From NCBI GenBank assembly GCA_002189035.1, contig CM007989.1:3100001-3164000 (forward strand): a DNA stretch of 64,000 nt, in the 5' to 3' direction. This document shows positions 50,818-63,843 of the stretch, piece by piece. The position numbers were made by a program, and so were the translations under genes. The number at the start of each line of letters is the position of its first letter. Positions within the stretch are counted from its first letter, which is position 1. Below the pieces are notes generated by a model. It had not been told where the DNA came from. It made no database searches and was given only the letters and a program-made list of their open reading frames with translations. This stretch comes from Utricularia gibba. Its lineage: Eukaryota; Plantae; Magnoliophyta.

Positions 50818-52077
50818 TCACACGGGCATTCTCTTCCCCCGACGGCTTTCGAACAACTGTAAATGAAACGCAGCCAAGGGATGTTTCAGCATGACGGTTG
50901 TCGACAGCATAAACTGCTTAAAGCACATCATCATCTATTGTCATATTTATGAACGGCTGAAAGATGAGGAATGCGCAACCCAGTTTGCAATTACTGAGCA
51001 GATGACAAGACGTAACAACTATTTTCTCTACCAACTAAGAGTGTCAGCCTAATCTGCACAATATTTGATTGGAAGGAACGTAGAACTTTTTCCTATTTTC
51101 AGCATATATCTAAAGTAATCTAGACAAGAGAAGGTGAAATCTGATAAACAGATGAAAAAGTAGTAATACCGATCTCACATAAGGTTGTTGGAACACCCAA
51201 CCAATTACAGGCACCTTCTGTACAAAAACTGCAAGTGTTGGCCAGAAGCCACTGAAAAATTTGCAGCCAAACGTTAGAACATCACAATAAAATTGAAGAG
51301 ACAAGGAGATCATATGTTTCACGACACTACACCTGAAGAGCACAAAGGTTCCATATGCCTCAAGAAGCATCCCAATGATGGGCCATCCAATGATCACCAA
51401 GAAGAATCCCACACCAAATGAAATGGTCCCCTGTTCCAAACAATATAACATCATATAGAAAATGAGCATGAAGTGTCTGGAAAGAAAAGGCACTCAACTC
51501 CATGCACTAGTCACATGATAGAAACCTTGAAATTTGAAGGTCTCATGAAAAATTGAACAGAAGACTTCAGCCCAATTGTGAGAGTCATACCAGAGACGAA
51601 GAGGATCTGTTGAATGAATTGTATAACACCATTAAAATAAACCATCAAAAGAAATATTCTGATACTGAACACCAATGTTAAATAGGACTTACATTTCCCA
51701 TAGCAAGTAAGCCTTTGTCAAAGAAGAAAATGATCCCCAAAATCGAAAATAACACTCCAAAAGATGTAAGACCAAGCCCAATTTCTGCTCCCTCCACAAA
51801 AAAACGAGAAACCGATTCTTTTTAATTGGTTCATCTTAAATCAGACATAGGAGATTACAGTGCATCAAATAAAAAGATCAGCAAAGACAAAAGAACTGCA
51901 TGGAATAACTCATGCAGTGAGAAAATGCATCCCATCCCATCCCATACAACAAAACGGCTATGGCCGAATTTTCAGATAAGGAACAGAACCACAGTGGCTA
52001 ACTGCAAGGATTAAAGAATTGGAAAACAAAAAACGAAGAAACATACTCTTGCGATCATTCATCTCGAAGGCCATCAT
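50818..52077 (-). CDS. GOT1: Vesicle transport protein GOT1, 6 exons
   Basis: MMAFEMNDRK|KIGLGLTSFG..FFDKGLLAMGN|ILFVSG.TLTIG..FF|GTISFGVGFFLV..GWP..G..LE.YG..LF|SGFWPTL..|LFESRRGKRMPV*. Confidence 0.93.
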
Positions 52078-52768
52078 CTTCACCGACGCTGATTGGAATA
52101 CCAAGGTTCAAAACGATCCAATGAAATCTCAATCCTCTATCATAAAAATTGCAACGACCACGTCCACATTACAGATCCTTCATTCGGAGATTAAACACAA
52201 TCTAAAAACAACGCACCAGCACCCCCTTACAGTTCAAGATTCAGAGGGGTGAGCAAGCGCACCAATATCCCTTCCCGGTTCAACAAATGGAAAAGACACA
52301 CAACGGATCTCGTCTTGCACAACACGCGAAAAACACGATCGAGGATTTCAAGGCGGTTTCTTCAACGCGAATTCTGAGATTTGACAAGTAGCCCAAAACG
52401 CACACTATTAACAAATCGAAGAAGAAGAACATTCACCGGAATTACTCGTAATTGGGCCGGCCCAATGAAAACGAGCTTCACACTTCATTGAGCCGGCCCG
52501 ATGTACCGACCCGTGCAGGAGTGTCGAGGTCATGATGATAGCGACGTGGAGCCATGTGGTGAGGAATTTTCTAAATGCTATAAATAGACAGAGATAGGGT
52601 GGAAGGTGACGTGTACACATCTATTCCCACACGGATCTGCTGACCCGGTGGAGCCCCCCAGACACGGTTACGGGTCCAAACCACAGGTTGCGGCAATGAT
52701 CCTCCCTCCTCCACTCCTCCCATGGAGTCGCATGTTTGTGTCTCCACACCATCATCAATTATTCATTA

Positions 52769-53192
52769 TGCAGTCTCATTTCATTAAGAATGAGAATGAC
52801 CTCATTTTCACATTCTGTAAAATATTATATTTTCCAAAAATAAGAATTTAAATTATATGAGAATGAAAAAAGTATTATATGGAGTCTGTTATGTAGTTTT
52901 TAATTGTGCATCAAATTATGTAAAATATAATTAATTTTAAAATTATGTAAATAAAATTAGTTTAAAATTATAAAATACTTTTATGGGATAATATAATTAA
53001 AAAAAAAAGAATATTTCAATAATTGAATAATTTTTAAAATTAATCACAAAATCTGAATTTCTAATTTACTACAAAATGATTAAAAATTAGAATTTTTAAA
53101 AAATAAATGGAATCATTTATGAAATTATTGAAATAAAGCAGATTCATGATATACTTGTTTTTTACATTCTGATTTTTTAAAATGAGAATGCA
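52769..53192. mobile_element. Possible MITE (~424 bp)
   Basis: Terminal inverted TGCAGTCTCATTT / AAATGAGAATGCA (12/13 match) around an extremely AT-rich interior. The flanks are TTA and ATA, an imperfect TSD. Confidence 0.4.
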
Positions 53193-53595
53193 ATATTAAA
53201 ATATATAAGCAACATGATTTCTGTTGATTAATCTATTTTGGATTGTTGATTATGTATTGGTTTTTTTACGATTTTTATTATGGATTGAAAAATTGATGGA
53301 TTGAGAGATGGGGATTGGATTAAACTTTTTGTAAGCGCAAGTCACTATTGTTATAAATTCGATTATTTTTATTTTTAATTTGGTGATTGTGTAACAGTCT
53401 TTCAGATTTATGCTATCTTAAATTCTATCATAAATGCAATACATTTAATGGATGTACAGCCACAAAATCCAATCATATTATTTAATATTTTAACACATTC
53501 GCCCTAACCAGCACACGCACCCAAACTTCTGGTAATCTTTGTTTTGGAATTCAAAGTAGAGATAACATCATAAATCGAGGGGAGGGAGGCATTTC

Positions 53596-54334
53596 TTACG
53601 CGAGGATTTGAGCTGCTACAGCAATGGCGAACGACATAAGGACGCCCCAGAGCGCCCTCTTCCTGCTCCCTGCATCGCTCGCTAGACGCCCCCCGGATGT
53701 CGGCAGCGGCACGTCGGTGGAATTCGCTGCCAAGGCTGCATAAGGAAAATCAATGGTTTTGGATGTGTGTGGCCAACCAATTGGTGATTGAATGAATTTA
53801 CAGCTCCATTCTCACCGGAGGGGGCCGGGGAAGGGGCCGTGCCGCTGTGTTTGTTGTCAGTGCCTCCGAACTGCTGGAAAATCTGAGCGTCCGGCGAGTT
53901 CGGCGGCAGATGAAGTATACCTGAGGAACAAAGCAGGGTATGATGAGTTGTCTGAAACGGGATAAACAGGGGAGGGTTCGTCTCCACTCACTTGGGCAGT
54001 CAGCAACCGTGAGCCTGGTGTTGATTTTGCATCTCTGTGGGAGGGAGAGAGCGAGGGTGACGTTAATATCGAGGCCAAGGCTGGGATCGTCCCGGTCCTT
54101 GATGAGGATACAGATGCACTCTGGGTTCTGCTGCAGCACCTGCTTGAACCCTGTACAGCAGTCCATGGTGGGAATCTTCGACTCGCCGCTGACGAACGGG
54201 AGACACGTGGCGACCGCGATCAGAGGGTCGCCGCAGCGGTTCCGGTCCTCGTTGATATCACAGACCGCAAACTCCGGCAGCATCATCACCGAAATGGTGA
54301 GCATGAGTAGCAGAAGCAGGAGGGGAATCTTCAT
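53596..54334 (-). CDS. GPI-anchored non-specific lipid transfer protein (LTPG), 3 exons
   Basis: Signal peptide, 8-Cys motif (C..C..CC..CIC..C..C), a Pro/Ser/Ala-rich linker (TAPSPAPS) and a hydrophobic C-terminus (ALWGVLMSFAIAVAAQILA*). Confidence 0.9.
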
Positions 54335-55619
54335 GGCAGAGCTTCAGGGGGGGGGGGGAGTGGGAGTTGGGGAAGAAGAATCTGAATAGAAAACTTGGAA
54401 GTGGAGCGTTAAAAAGGCAGGAGAAATTATAGCAGAACTGGATGGGGAGTTCGAAGCTCGCGGGGAAAGAGTGACTCATGAGAGAAAAAGTCGTTTTCTT
54501 TCAACCTCCTTTTCTTTCTCCATTGTGTTTGTATGCAGAGAACTCAACTTGCTGCACTTACAAGAATTTCCTTTTATCTCCATTATTTTCTGGGTTTTTT
54601 CGCTGTAAGATCAAGACGTGGACTTAAGTAAGACAATCACCCAAACTTGGAATAGAAAAATAAAATAACTACTATTATTTTTATTTTTGGAATTGAAAAC
54701 ACAGTGCATAATTATGGCAAGAATGTTATTTTTTACAAAAAATAAAGAACCCTGACAAAGACGGAGAGGGGCGGGGGGGTTAGGGGAATTTAATAGATGG
54801 CGGATGGGAGAATGGTGATGTGATCCGGGTTGGACCCCCTCCCCTCCCCCCATGCCATTTATTTGGCCAATGCCTCCTATTTCTGGGATTTCCCATTTCT
54901 TTTAATAAAATAAAAAAAACCCCATTTTTGGATTTGTATTCTTTTTATAGTAAAAGTGGTTCATATTTTATAATAAAATGTTTTTCAAAACTTAAGAGCC
55001 CAACCCAAGAAAGTAGTAATGAATTTACATGAATCTTATATTGGTTATGAATGATATAAAATGAGAGTTTAAATAAATGTATTTTATCTAATTTTGTACG
55101 AACTCTTTTACTAAAATAAAAAATATAAAATTATAAGGATGAAATGATTAAAACGAATAATATCATATAAATTAAATATAATACAAATTTGATCATGGGG
55201 CTGCCAACTATGCATTCATTGGATAGGATTTATTTAGAATAATTAATGTTAATAATTTTCTATGAAAAACAAAAATTAAAAATATTTTTTTTATTTTTAA
55301 AAAACTGTAAAGATTTAAGTTTCATTTTATTAAAACCAATTCTCGAAAAAATAAAAACAACACATGTTCTAAATCCAAGCCAACCAGAGGCATATAGGGT
55401 GAAACACAAGGGTATGTGTGTGTTTAGGGTGCACTTGCTCATGAGAGTATAGGAAATGATAAGACCAAGATCCTGTTTTTTAATGCCATGGTTGTCGTTA
55501 TTGTATGATGAGGCTTCAAATCAAACAGCGCAGAGCGATATCAAGGAACACCATCACATAGATCCCATTTATTTTCCCTTCTTTATTTGTTTGGATTTTT
55601 AAAAAATGGATGCTGGTAA

Positions 55620-56330
55620 TGAAATCCTGACAAGTTGGAATTTAGAAACAGATACATCCCACCGTTTAGATTCAAATTTGAAGGTGTGAATCTCGTTGGG
55701 TCCAATTCGATATATACGATGAATGATTGGGGGAGAATGCAATAATTGAAATACTGGATAGGCAGTCAGGAAGACCAATTTGTAATTTTAGGACAATTTA
55801 TTCGAAAGATTTGAGGCAGAAACCAGCAAAACTTGGAACCGAAACTCCGGTCGGTGATGATCAGCATCCCATGGAGTATCGGTTGTAATGAGAACAACCC
55901 CATAGCTCCGAAGGATCTGACGTAGTGTCTGTTTGGTTCATGGCTCGGTATAACATTAAAGCATTGTTATATAGTTTACTGTGTCTGATTCTGATTTTCT
56001 AACAAACAGTCTCACATGTCGGGAGGTTGGTATAACCTCGGGAGACCAATGGATGATTCTGGGCAGTGTGTTTGAAGCAACAGTTGCTTGTTGGGCATTC
56101 TGTCATAAACAGTTGCTGTGCGCCGGAGAGATTCCTACGCCGGAAAAAGGCAACTTCTGTCGTGAAGGGAGCTATGCTTTTAGCTCGGAGACATGGATTC
56201 CGACCGCGACAAGATCCGGGAACACTGTTTTGGACAGCTTTCTGACGAAATTTCCTCAAAATGGGCAGCTTCCCAAACACAAATCCATACAGGAAAACGC
56301 AGGCGACCTCCGACAACATCTCCATTCCCA
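55620..56330 (-). pseudogene. Possible degenerate F-box gene remnant
   Basis: A balanced-GC island with broken frames. YGVVLITTDTP..PEFRFQVLLV and EIHTFKFESKRW loosely resemble F-box-associated segments. No clear F-box motif. Confidence 0.25.
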
Positions 56331-57135
56331 GAAGCAACTGAATTTGGGACTACTAAATTCATGCCCAAGTCAGGTATGCTAGAAGTGAATTTACAACTTT
56401 CTTGTTACTTTTTCCTTTATACAAATAAAACGAACTCCTCAACAACATTATAAAAACGATACTAAAAAGCCGATAAACACAGATAGGATAGGATAGTTAG
56501 ATTGTCATAACTCAATTCTATAACAATGTTTTAAATTTCGAAAAAAATTTGTATTTCGGTTTTTTTTAAAAAAATTTATTCTTGAAATTTGATCAAATTC
56601 TAAATGCGAAATAACCAACTTTGAGTGGTAATGGTAAAAATTCAGGAGATTGAATGATTGAGAAGACATGCCACCTCCTACACGTGAATTCGCGCGAAGC
56701 CATGACAGCAACCATAGCACAACCAATACCATTTTTTTATAATATTATGTACTATAACCATTTTTTATATTTAAAGGATAGTTTCAAATTGTATTAATTT
56801 ATATATTAAATAAAATAATATGCTAAAAAATTGTTATTATTATTCTCTCCTGAAAAAAGTGCAATTATTTACCTCCCAAATACGCACGCTTTGCCTTCCA
56901 CCATATCTCATTTGGTTCATGCGTCTGTGGTTCTGGATCGCCATCGCGTGAGCCGGTTAGGTTATTTGAGGCGAGGGATTGATATCGCAGTAGGTAACCT
57001 TATCGTAGTCGTGAGTCTTGAGGAAAGTTTGGATCTTTGGATCGAATCACGGGACAAAGAATCGGGTGTTGTGCTCTATTGTGTAATTTTTGAACTCCTA
57101 CTAGTAGATTTCTCGGGGAATTCAGATCTTGGTCG

Positions 57136-58827
57136 ATGGGAGCTTTAGATGAGTGCCCTTATGACTTGGAACTGGATAATGAGGTGAAGTTTGTGGGTGG
57201 TGTGCGGCGAAGTTTTGAGGACCAGCCGGAGATGTTGGCTATTGAAGAAGCTGTCAAAGTGCTTCTGCAGGGTCTAGGTGAAGACGTCGATCGCGAAGGT
57301 CTGCAGAAAACGCCTCGTCGCGTTGCCAGCGCTCTCAGGGAAGGAACTAGAGGTGGCCTTTTTTTCCAGTTAATTGTATCTCCTGCTCTATTATGTTGCT
57401 TATTTCCTGTTTCCGTTTTGCCGTCTGTGCTGATAAGGGCGATGCGCTTGGTCAGATCAAAATCTTCTGAATATGCCGAAGCTTCACATATTATGTTAGG
57501 AATAGCATTCATTGCTTAGGAAGTCTTGTGGTTTATACAGGGCATGGGGGTAGGTATAAAGAATTGATCAAGTTGACACTGAAAATTTAACTGGGTTTGG
57601 GAATGGGAGAGATGTATATTTGTTCATTGTTTTCATTAGCGTTAAACCTCTTTATGCATATCCAGGGTATTCGCAGAAAGCCAAAGACATTGTAGAATCT
57701 GCTTTATTCCCTGAAGCCGGATTTGTACGCAGAGTTGGGCATGCCGGAGGGGCTGGAGGACTTGTTGTTGTCCGTGATCTTGACCTTTTTTCTTACTGTG
57801 AATCTTGCTTGCTGCCATTCCGTGTCAAGTGTCACATAGGGTATGTGCCTTTTGGACAAAGAGTAGTGGGACTTAGCAAGCTCTCTCGTGTTGCCGAGGT
57901 GTTTGCGAAACGATTGCAGGATCCATATCGATTGGCCAATGAAATATGTTCAGCATTGCAGCACAGCGTCAAACCAGCTGGAGCTGCTGTGATCTTGAAA
58001 TGTCAACATATTCAATTTCCAAATCTTGGATCAGCGGCATTCTTCAACCCGAATCACGATGGTTGGGCTACAGCATTAGTGAAGTCAGGCTCTGGGGTCT
58101 TCCTTGATGACTTTGCAGAAGTTTGGAGTGACTTGTTCAGTCTTTTGAGATTCCGAGAAGTTGAGGACATCCACTGTACGGGTTCCGAAAAGAACAAGTC
58201 TTGGTGCCCATGTCGTACGTTTTGCAAGATGGGGGAACCTGATCCTTCAATGCTTAGAGCGGTATCTTCCATACTTGGTTCCCTTGGGGAAGATCCCTCG
58301 AGAAAAGAACTTGCGGAAACATCTGCCTGCTTTATCAATTGGCTCATGAATTTCAAAAGCTGTAATCTGGACTTGAAGTTAAATGAGTACCCTCGAATGA
58401 AGATGGATTCCAAAAATCTGAGTAGAGACTCGCTTCAATCTGAAATGAATCTCTCTTTCTGGTCACAATGTGAACACCACTTACTTCCTTTTTATGGCAT
58501 TGTCCACATTGGCTATTTCGGTTCTGATCAGTACGGGTCCAACCCTGTTGGAAAATCACTTCTACAGTCAGTGGTGCATTTCTATGGCTTCAAGCTTCAG
58601 GTACAAGAAAGGCTAACCAGACAGATAGCTGAAACTGTTTCCGCATTCTTGGGGAAGATGTAATCGTAGTTGTTGAAGCTAGTCACACTTGCATGATGTC
58701 TCGAGGGATCGAGAAGCTCGGTAGCATTACTGCTACAATTGCTCTCTTGGGTAGATTTTCTACCGATTCCTTGGCAAGGGCGAAATTTTTGCAGATGATT
58801 CCAAGCTCGGGAAGTGCTGAAAGCTGA
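57136..58827 (+). CDS. GCH1: GTP cyclohydrolase I (bimodular plant FolE), 2 exons; 1-bp frameshift in the G4 run at 58651-58654
   Basis: GLGEDVDREGL.KTP.RVA, DLFSYCESCLLPF, GYVP..RVVGLSKLSRVA.VFAKRLQ and a second domain SQCEHHLLPF..KLQVQERLTRQIA. One extra G restores LGEDVIVVVEASHTCMMSRGIEK to TGA at 58825-58827. Confidence 0.95.
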
Positions 58828-59220
58828 GCCTTTTCATTTTTTGGCCCAGCAGCATTTTTGCACTATTAATCGAGCTTCTTTTCTTCTTGAATAAAGTCAA
58901 TGAGAAGTAGGCAATGCTCTCATCAGACTCTCTTTCTATGGTGCTTCCTATTTGTGCTAGCTGTAAGCATTAAGCACTGTAGCTTCAGTGCCACTTATTT
59001 TGTTCATCTTGATTCATGGGAAGCTTTCCAAGACTTTATACATAATTTTGGAACGCTATTAGTTCCTTGCTTTATCATTGTTGGTTTGATGCTATTATTT
59101 GTGCAATCATTCTTTAGTTTCTGCCATTCCCTGCTAGTTATTTCGTTAATTACCTTGTCAAGGGGAGAGGAAGTTTAGCAATTGCATTGGCATATTGATC
59201 CTCGTAACATTACAAATGCT

Positions 59221-61973
59221 TCACTGGGATGTTGTTTTACTGTTGCCTCTGTCATCAAAGAAACTACTAGAAAATGATGAATGCAAGCCTTCATCGGCTT
59301 TCCATTTCTGTAGAACCTGTGGTAAGCTCATCTGCATATCAGTCCCAAAACTGTCATCGTTGTCTAGGACTGGTTTCCATTGGTCTAGCAGAGGTGAAAG
59401 TACATTGACAACGTGGCTCATATCAGGCCTTTGGTGGGGCTCTCTGACTGTGCAGTATCCGGCAAGCTCGGCCAATTTACAAAGACACTGGAAGCTCTCT
59501 TCGTCTAGAGTTGCACGAAGAACCGGGTCTTGAGCTTCCTTAATAGCTTCTTTGTCCATGAGGAGATGCCGGAACCATGCCACGAGGTGACATTGCTCGT
59601 CAGGCAAGGATTCGTCAAGGGCTTTTCTTCCGGTGATGATCTCCATGAGAATCACACCATACGCATAGACGTCCACCTTCGTTGTTACTCTCCCTGTTGC
59701 TGTTAGGAATATGTGCAGAGAAGTTAGTAAGAAGCTCGTGGTAGCAAGGATTTATGAAGAAGGATGCAGAGTCATACTGGCATATTCCGGAGCGAGATAC
59801 CCGAATGTTCCGGCCAACCGTGTTTCGACGGAATAGTTTCCGTCGGGAGCAGACCGTACCAAGCCGAAGTCGGAGACCTTGGCTCTCATGTCTTCCCCAA
59901 GGAGAATGTTTGACGGCTTTAAATCTCGGTGAATAAAGCTTTGTTGTGCCAAACTATGCAAATACTCTACTCCTCTGGCAATGTCCAACGCAATGGTTAC
60001 TCTTTGGTTCCAACTCAATGGAGGAACTCCCATGTCCTTCCAATGGAGCAGACGCTGATCCAAACTCCCGTAAGGCATGAATTCATAGACCAAGAGGCGA
60101 TGGCTGCCGCTCTCACAGAACCCATGAAGCGACACCAAGTTCCGGTGCCTCACCTTCTTGAGAACTTCGATTTCTGCCTTGAACTCGTGAAGACCCTTGT
60201 TACTGATCATGGAGGACTCCATTCTTTTGACTGCTATTTTTGTGCCATCATGGAGCTGCCCCTTGTACACCACGCCAAATCCCCCTCTTCCAAGTATGTT
60301 CTTCTCACTGAAGCAGTTTGTTGCTTCGTCTAGGACTTCGATTCTTATGCATGCGCTTCCAACATCATGCAAAAGGTAATCTTTTTTTTCAACGCCAGCA
60401 GCGGTGCTTGAAGTTGAGTTCTGTACATTATCTTTGGGCATGTCCAGGCTTACGACACGCCGGTTTTCCACATTCCCTTGTTTCGTCTGCTTTGCCCTCC
60501 GTCTTGTGTAGATGAAGACGAGCACCACTCCAATGGCTACTAAACCAAGAACAATGATGATGATCACGGTGGATAAAACCATAGAGGCTCCTCCAATTCC
60601 TTGAGCTGGGGATCCTTCTTCAAGATCTTTCCCAATGTTCACGTTCCCAATAACGTTCAACTTCACAGAAGGAGCGAATGTGGGTATTTTCCCTGAAAGA
60701 TTGTTGTTGGAAAGATCCAGAATCTGCAGATGCATCAACATTGTCAAGCTCTGAGGGATGGTACCCTCGAGTTTATTGTCATTTAAGAGCAAAGTTTTCA
60801 GTTGAGGTAAAGATGCATAAGCTGGAGATATGGTTCCCGTCCAGTTCTGCTTAGCAAAATTGATGACTGTTACACTTCCATGTTCACAGACAATGAATTT
60901 CCATTGCTGGCATGGATTGTTCCCAACCCAATTCTCCGCCAACGCCATCGGATAGTTCATCGCTTCAGAAACTTCAAGTAAAGCAGTGATTTCTGGTGCA
61001 CAAGGACCAGGATTGGGAAGACAGAAGTTGTTGTCAGTTCCAAGTTCAACTTGCACTCCTGGTGCAAAACTAGGCATTGGACCCTGAAATTTGTTGTGCT
61101 GCAGAGCAACATATTGCAGACTCGGGAGCTTAGTTAGCGAATCAGGGACCACTCCCGTGAGAGAATTGTCACGGAGGAGCAGATCAGTAAGCTGTTTGCA
61201 GGAAGAAAGATCAGGAATTGGGCCATTGAAGTTGTTGGAATGGAGCCAAGCAACTCTAAGCTGTGTCATGGATGCAAGAACATGAATGGTGTCTGAGAGC
61301 CCGATGTTCTGGTTGTTGAGTGACAGGTTTTGAATAGGGGAATTGGAAAATGAAGCTGGCAAAGGCCCTGAAAGATTGTTGTAAGTGAGCCTGAGATTTA
61401 GAAAATTGGGTAGCGATCCAAAGATGTCAGGGATTTCGCCGGAGATGCTGGATTTGCTGGCTGAGAAACTCGTAAGAGAGGATGAATCGGCTAGGGTTTC
61501 AGGGATTTTCCAGGAGGGAGATTATTGTTGTTGCCGATGCTGAAAAACTGTAAGCTCGTTAACCCAGACAAGAAATCCGAAGGAAAGGAATCGAAACCAT
61601 TATCCTCGAGGTTCACTTGTTCTAGCGATGTGAGCCCCGACAACGGCGGCAATTGTCCGGTAAAGCGATTATGTTGGAGGCTAAGGGATTTGAGGCCGGA
61701 GAGTTGGTTAATCTCCGCAGGAATTGTACCGGAAAGTGACATGGAAGAAAGATTAATGGATGTAACTTGGCCGGAGGAATCGCAGCTTACGCCCTTCCAT
61801 TTGCAGAAGTCGGAGGCGGTGGTAGTCCATCCAGCGGGGGTGGGGAGAACGGATTGCGCGAAAATGGACATTACTTGCGCGTCGTCCGCGGAGACACCGG
61901 GGAAGAAGAAGGTTGAGGTGAGTATCAGGAGAAAGGCGGCTGGAAAAAGGTTGCTCTGCCCCTCTCTACGCAT
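59221..61973 (-). CDS. TMK: TMK-family LRR receptor kinase (TMK4/BARK1-like), 2 exons; 1-bp frameshift near 61513
   Basis: Signal peptide, [10 protein letters not shown], LRRs split by the CLPNPGPC island, TM helix, [30 protein letters not shown] and [11 protein letters not shown]|[20 protein letters not shown]^TGG needs one extra base to give LPPWKIPETL. Confidence 0.93.
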
Positions 61974-62221
61974 TGCGGCCCCGTCGATACATTTTCCGGC
62001 AGTGGGGTAGAAACCTCCGGCCGGAAATACCAGGCTTGCAGACGAGGTGGCGCGGAATTTGGAAGGACGGGAGAAGAGGGCGGTGGGCCATCCGATCAGC
62101 CTTTTCGAGATTTTTATTTTTGACCTAATATATTAATGCATTTTTATATCTAATTAAAAATTAAAAATATTGGGAGTTGATTGCAAATTAAGAGTAGTTT
62201 AGGGCCTTGAGAGCTATTCTT

Positions 62222-63506
62222 TGTAACGACCCGAGAAGGGGGCCTAGGAGCCATGGTCGTTACCCCACCCAGAAACGTGGCCTGTCTCTTGGGTGGCTTT
62301 GGTTTGATTCGTTCAACCCACATGAACACGAGATTACCGGGGAATATCTTATTCATAAATACAGCAAGAGGGTCCAACATAATCCACGAAATCACATCAT
62401 GAACATAAAGGAAAAGCACGAGCACAACAGCTGCTTCTATTCCCCAGGCTCTCCGGTCCTCCGAGTTCACTCCGTCAGCCCCTCCGCCTCTCCGCCAGTC
62501 TCCGCACGACCAGAACCTTCACCTACACATAAGTTCGTAAGGGGATCAACATATGCATAGGGTAGACCACACTACCAACCATAAACACATCAGCTTAAGC
62601 ATGGCACATATCATCGTAAGCATATCATCAGCACATATCGTCGTAAGAGCATAAACACATATATCATAAGAGACCCATTGGTCACAAGGGGCGTGCATCC
62701 CGTGATGGCACATCACGTTACCGTCGGGAGGGACACCAGCCACGGTAATCCGTCCCAACCCCGCTCCCTTTGGAGCTCACGGCGATATCTACCCCCAAAC
62801 TCACGTTGGGTTGCCGTCGGAGATACCTCGGCGAAGGGTCCGACCCCGCCCCTTCGGGCTCATCAACTTACGGCCCTTCGGCCCTTATTCGTACTTTCCG
62901 GCTCATGCTTCCCCTTACCTTCGTGTGGCTCCTTCCCCTTCTGCCAAATCGTGACCTTCTCCTTCCATATCTCGGCATGGTGGCGCTCCTTCTCTGATTT
63001 CGAATGCCAAACCCGCCACCATGCCAAGCCCTTATATCCTACCTCCTGACTGTTGGGTTTCTGAGCCCTTTCCTCTTCCAACCCTTCACCTTTCGGCCCA
63101 GTATATGAAAGGTCGGCCCTCTTACACTTCTTAGGCCCTTGGGCTCTTCCCCAACACCTCATTGGGCCAATCCACACTAGCCATGTCTCACCTAACACTT
63201 GGGCTCGCGACCACTCTCCGCCCAGCATCCAGCGCGTCACTCACCATCCCTTGGGCACGCATGCTTGCTCGATCGCATAGAGTCCCGTAGCTCAAGTGGG
63301 TCTCTCCCACGAGCACCCTTGGGGATCACCCAAGAGTTCGGTACACCTCTAACAAGAGTTGCACGCCGTGTTCGGATCAGACCGATTCGTTGCGCGCGGA
63401 CCGCCAGGCAGAGGGTTCCTCGTAGCCACTCTATGCACGTTCCCTTAGCTCCTTCACATGCTGTATCACCATCGAAACGCAACATACTTCTACCCGGGTT
63501 ATGACA
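62222..63506. mobile_element. Solo LTR (1285 bp), Ty3/gypsy (Tekay/Del-like termini), flanked by an ATTCTT direct repeat
   Basis: TGTAACGACCC...GGGTTATGACA imperfect inverted termini, with ATTCTT at 62216-62221 and 63507-63512. Internal short CACATATC-type subrepeats at about 62600-62670. No PBS or retroviral ORF seen. The lineage is inferred from the termini only. Confidence 0.85.
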
Positions 63507-63843
63507 ATTCTTGGCAATTTCAAGAGCAGTACAGCAGCATGCAGAAGAAGGCGCGGTTATACCTATTTTGGTCGACTAGGCTTCCGTATCCACCTGGCCC
63601 ATCTTGTCATTGGAGGATGATGCCACGTGGACGGAGATCGAGCCGTTACCAACAAAATGAGAGAAAATCTGTTGTGTCTGGGGGGTAAGTTTGGTATATC
63701 ACAAGGCTTTTAATTCCGGATTTGCCCCTAACGGTTTCCGCTTCATGCCTTTTTGTCTCTCCACAACCCCCACACATCCTTTCATTTTATCCTCTCCCTG
63801 TTTGCGATTTTCTTCTCTCTAGGGTTTTAGAAGTTCTGATTTC

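Noticed and set aside
31276-63688. Many 60-200 aa antisense or alternate-frame ORFs in the track (e.g. 31995-32483, 34060-34662, 38864-39205, 61525-62010, 62678-63504)
   Set aside because: They are shadows of real genes on the opposite strand, or fall inside the solo LTR. They have no motifs or splice support, and many begin with non-ATG codons.
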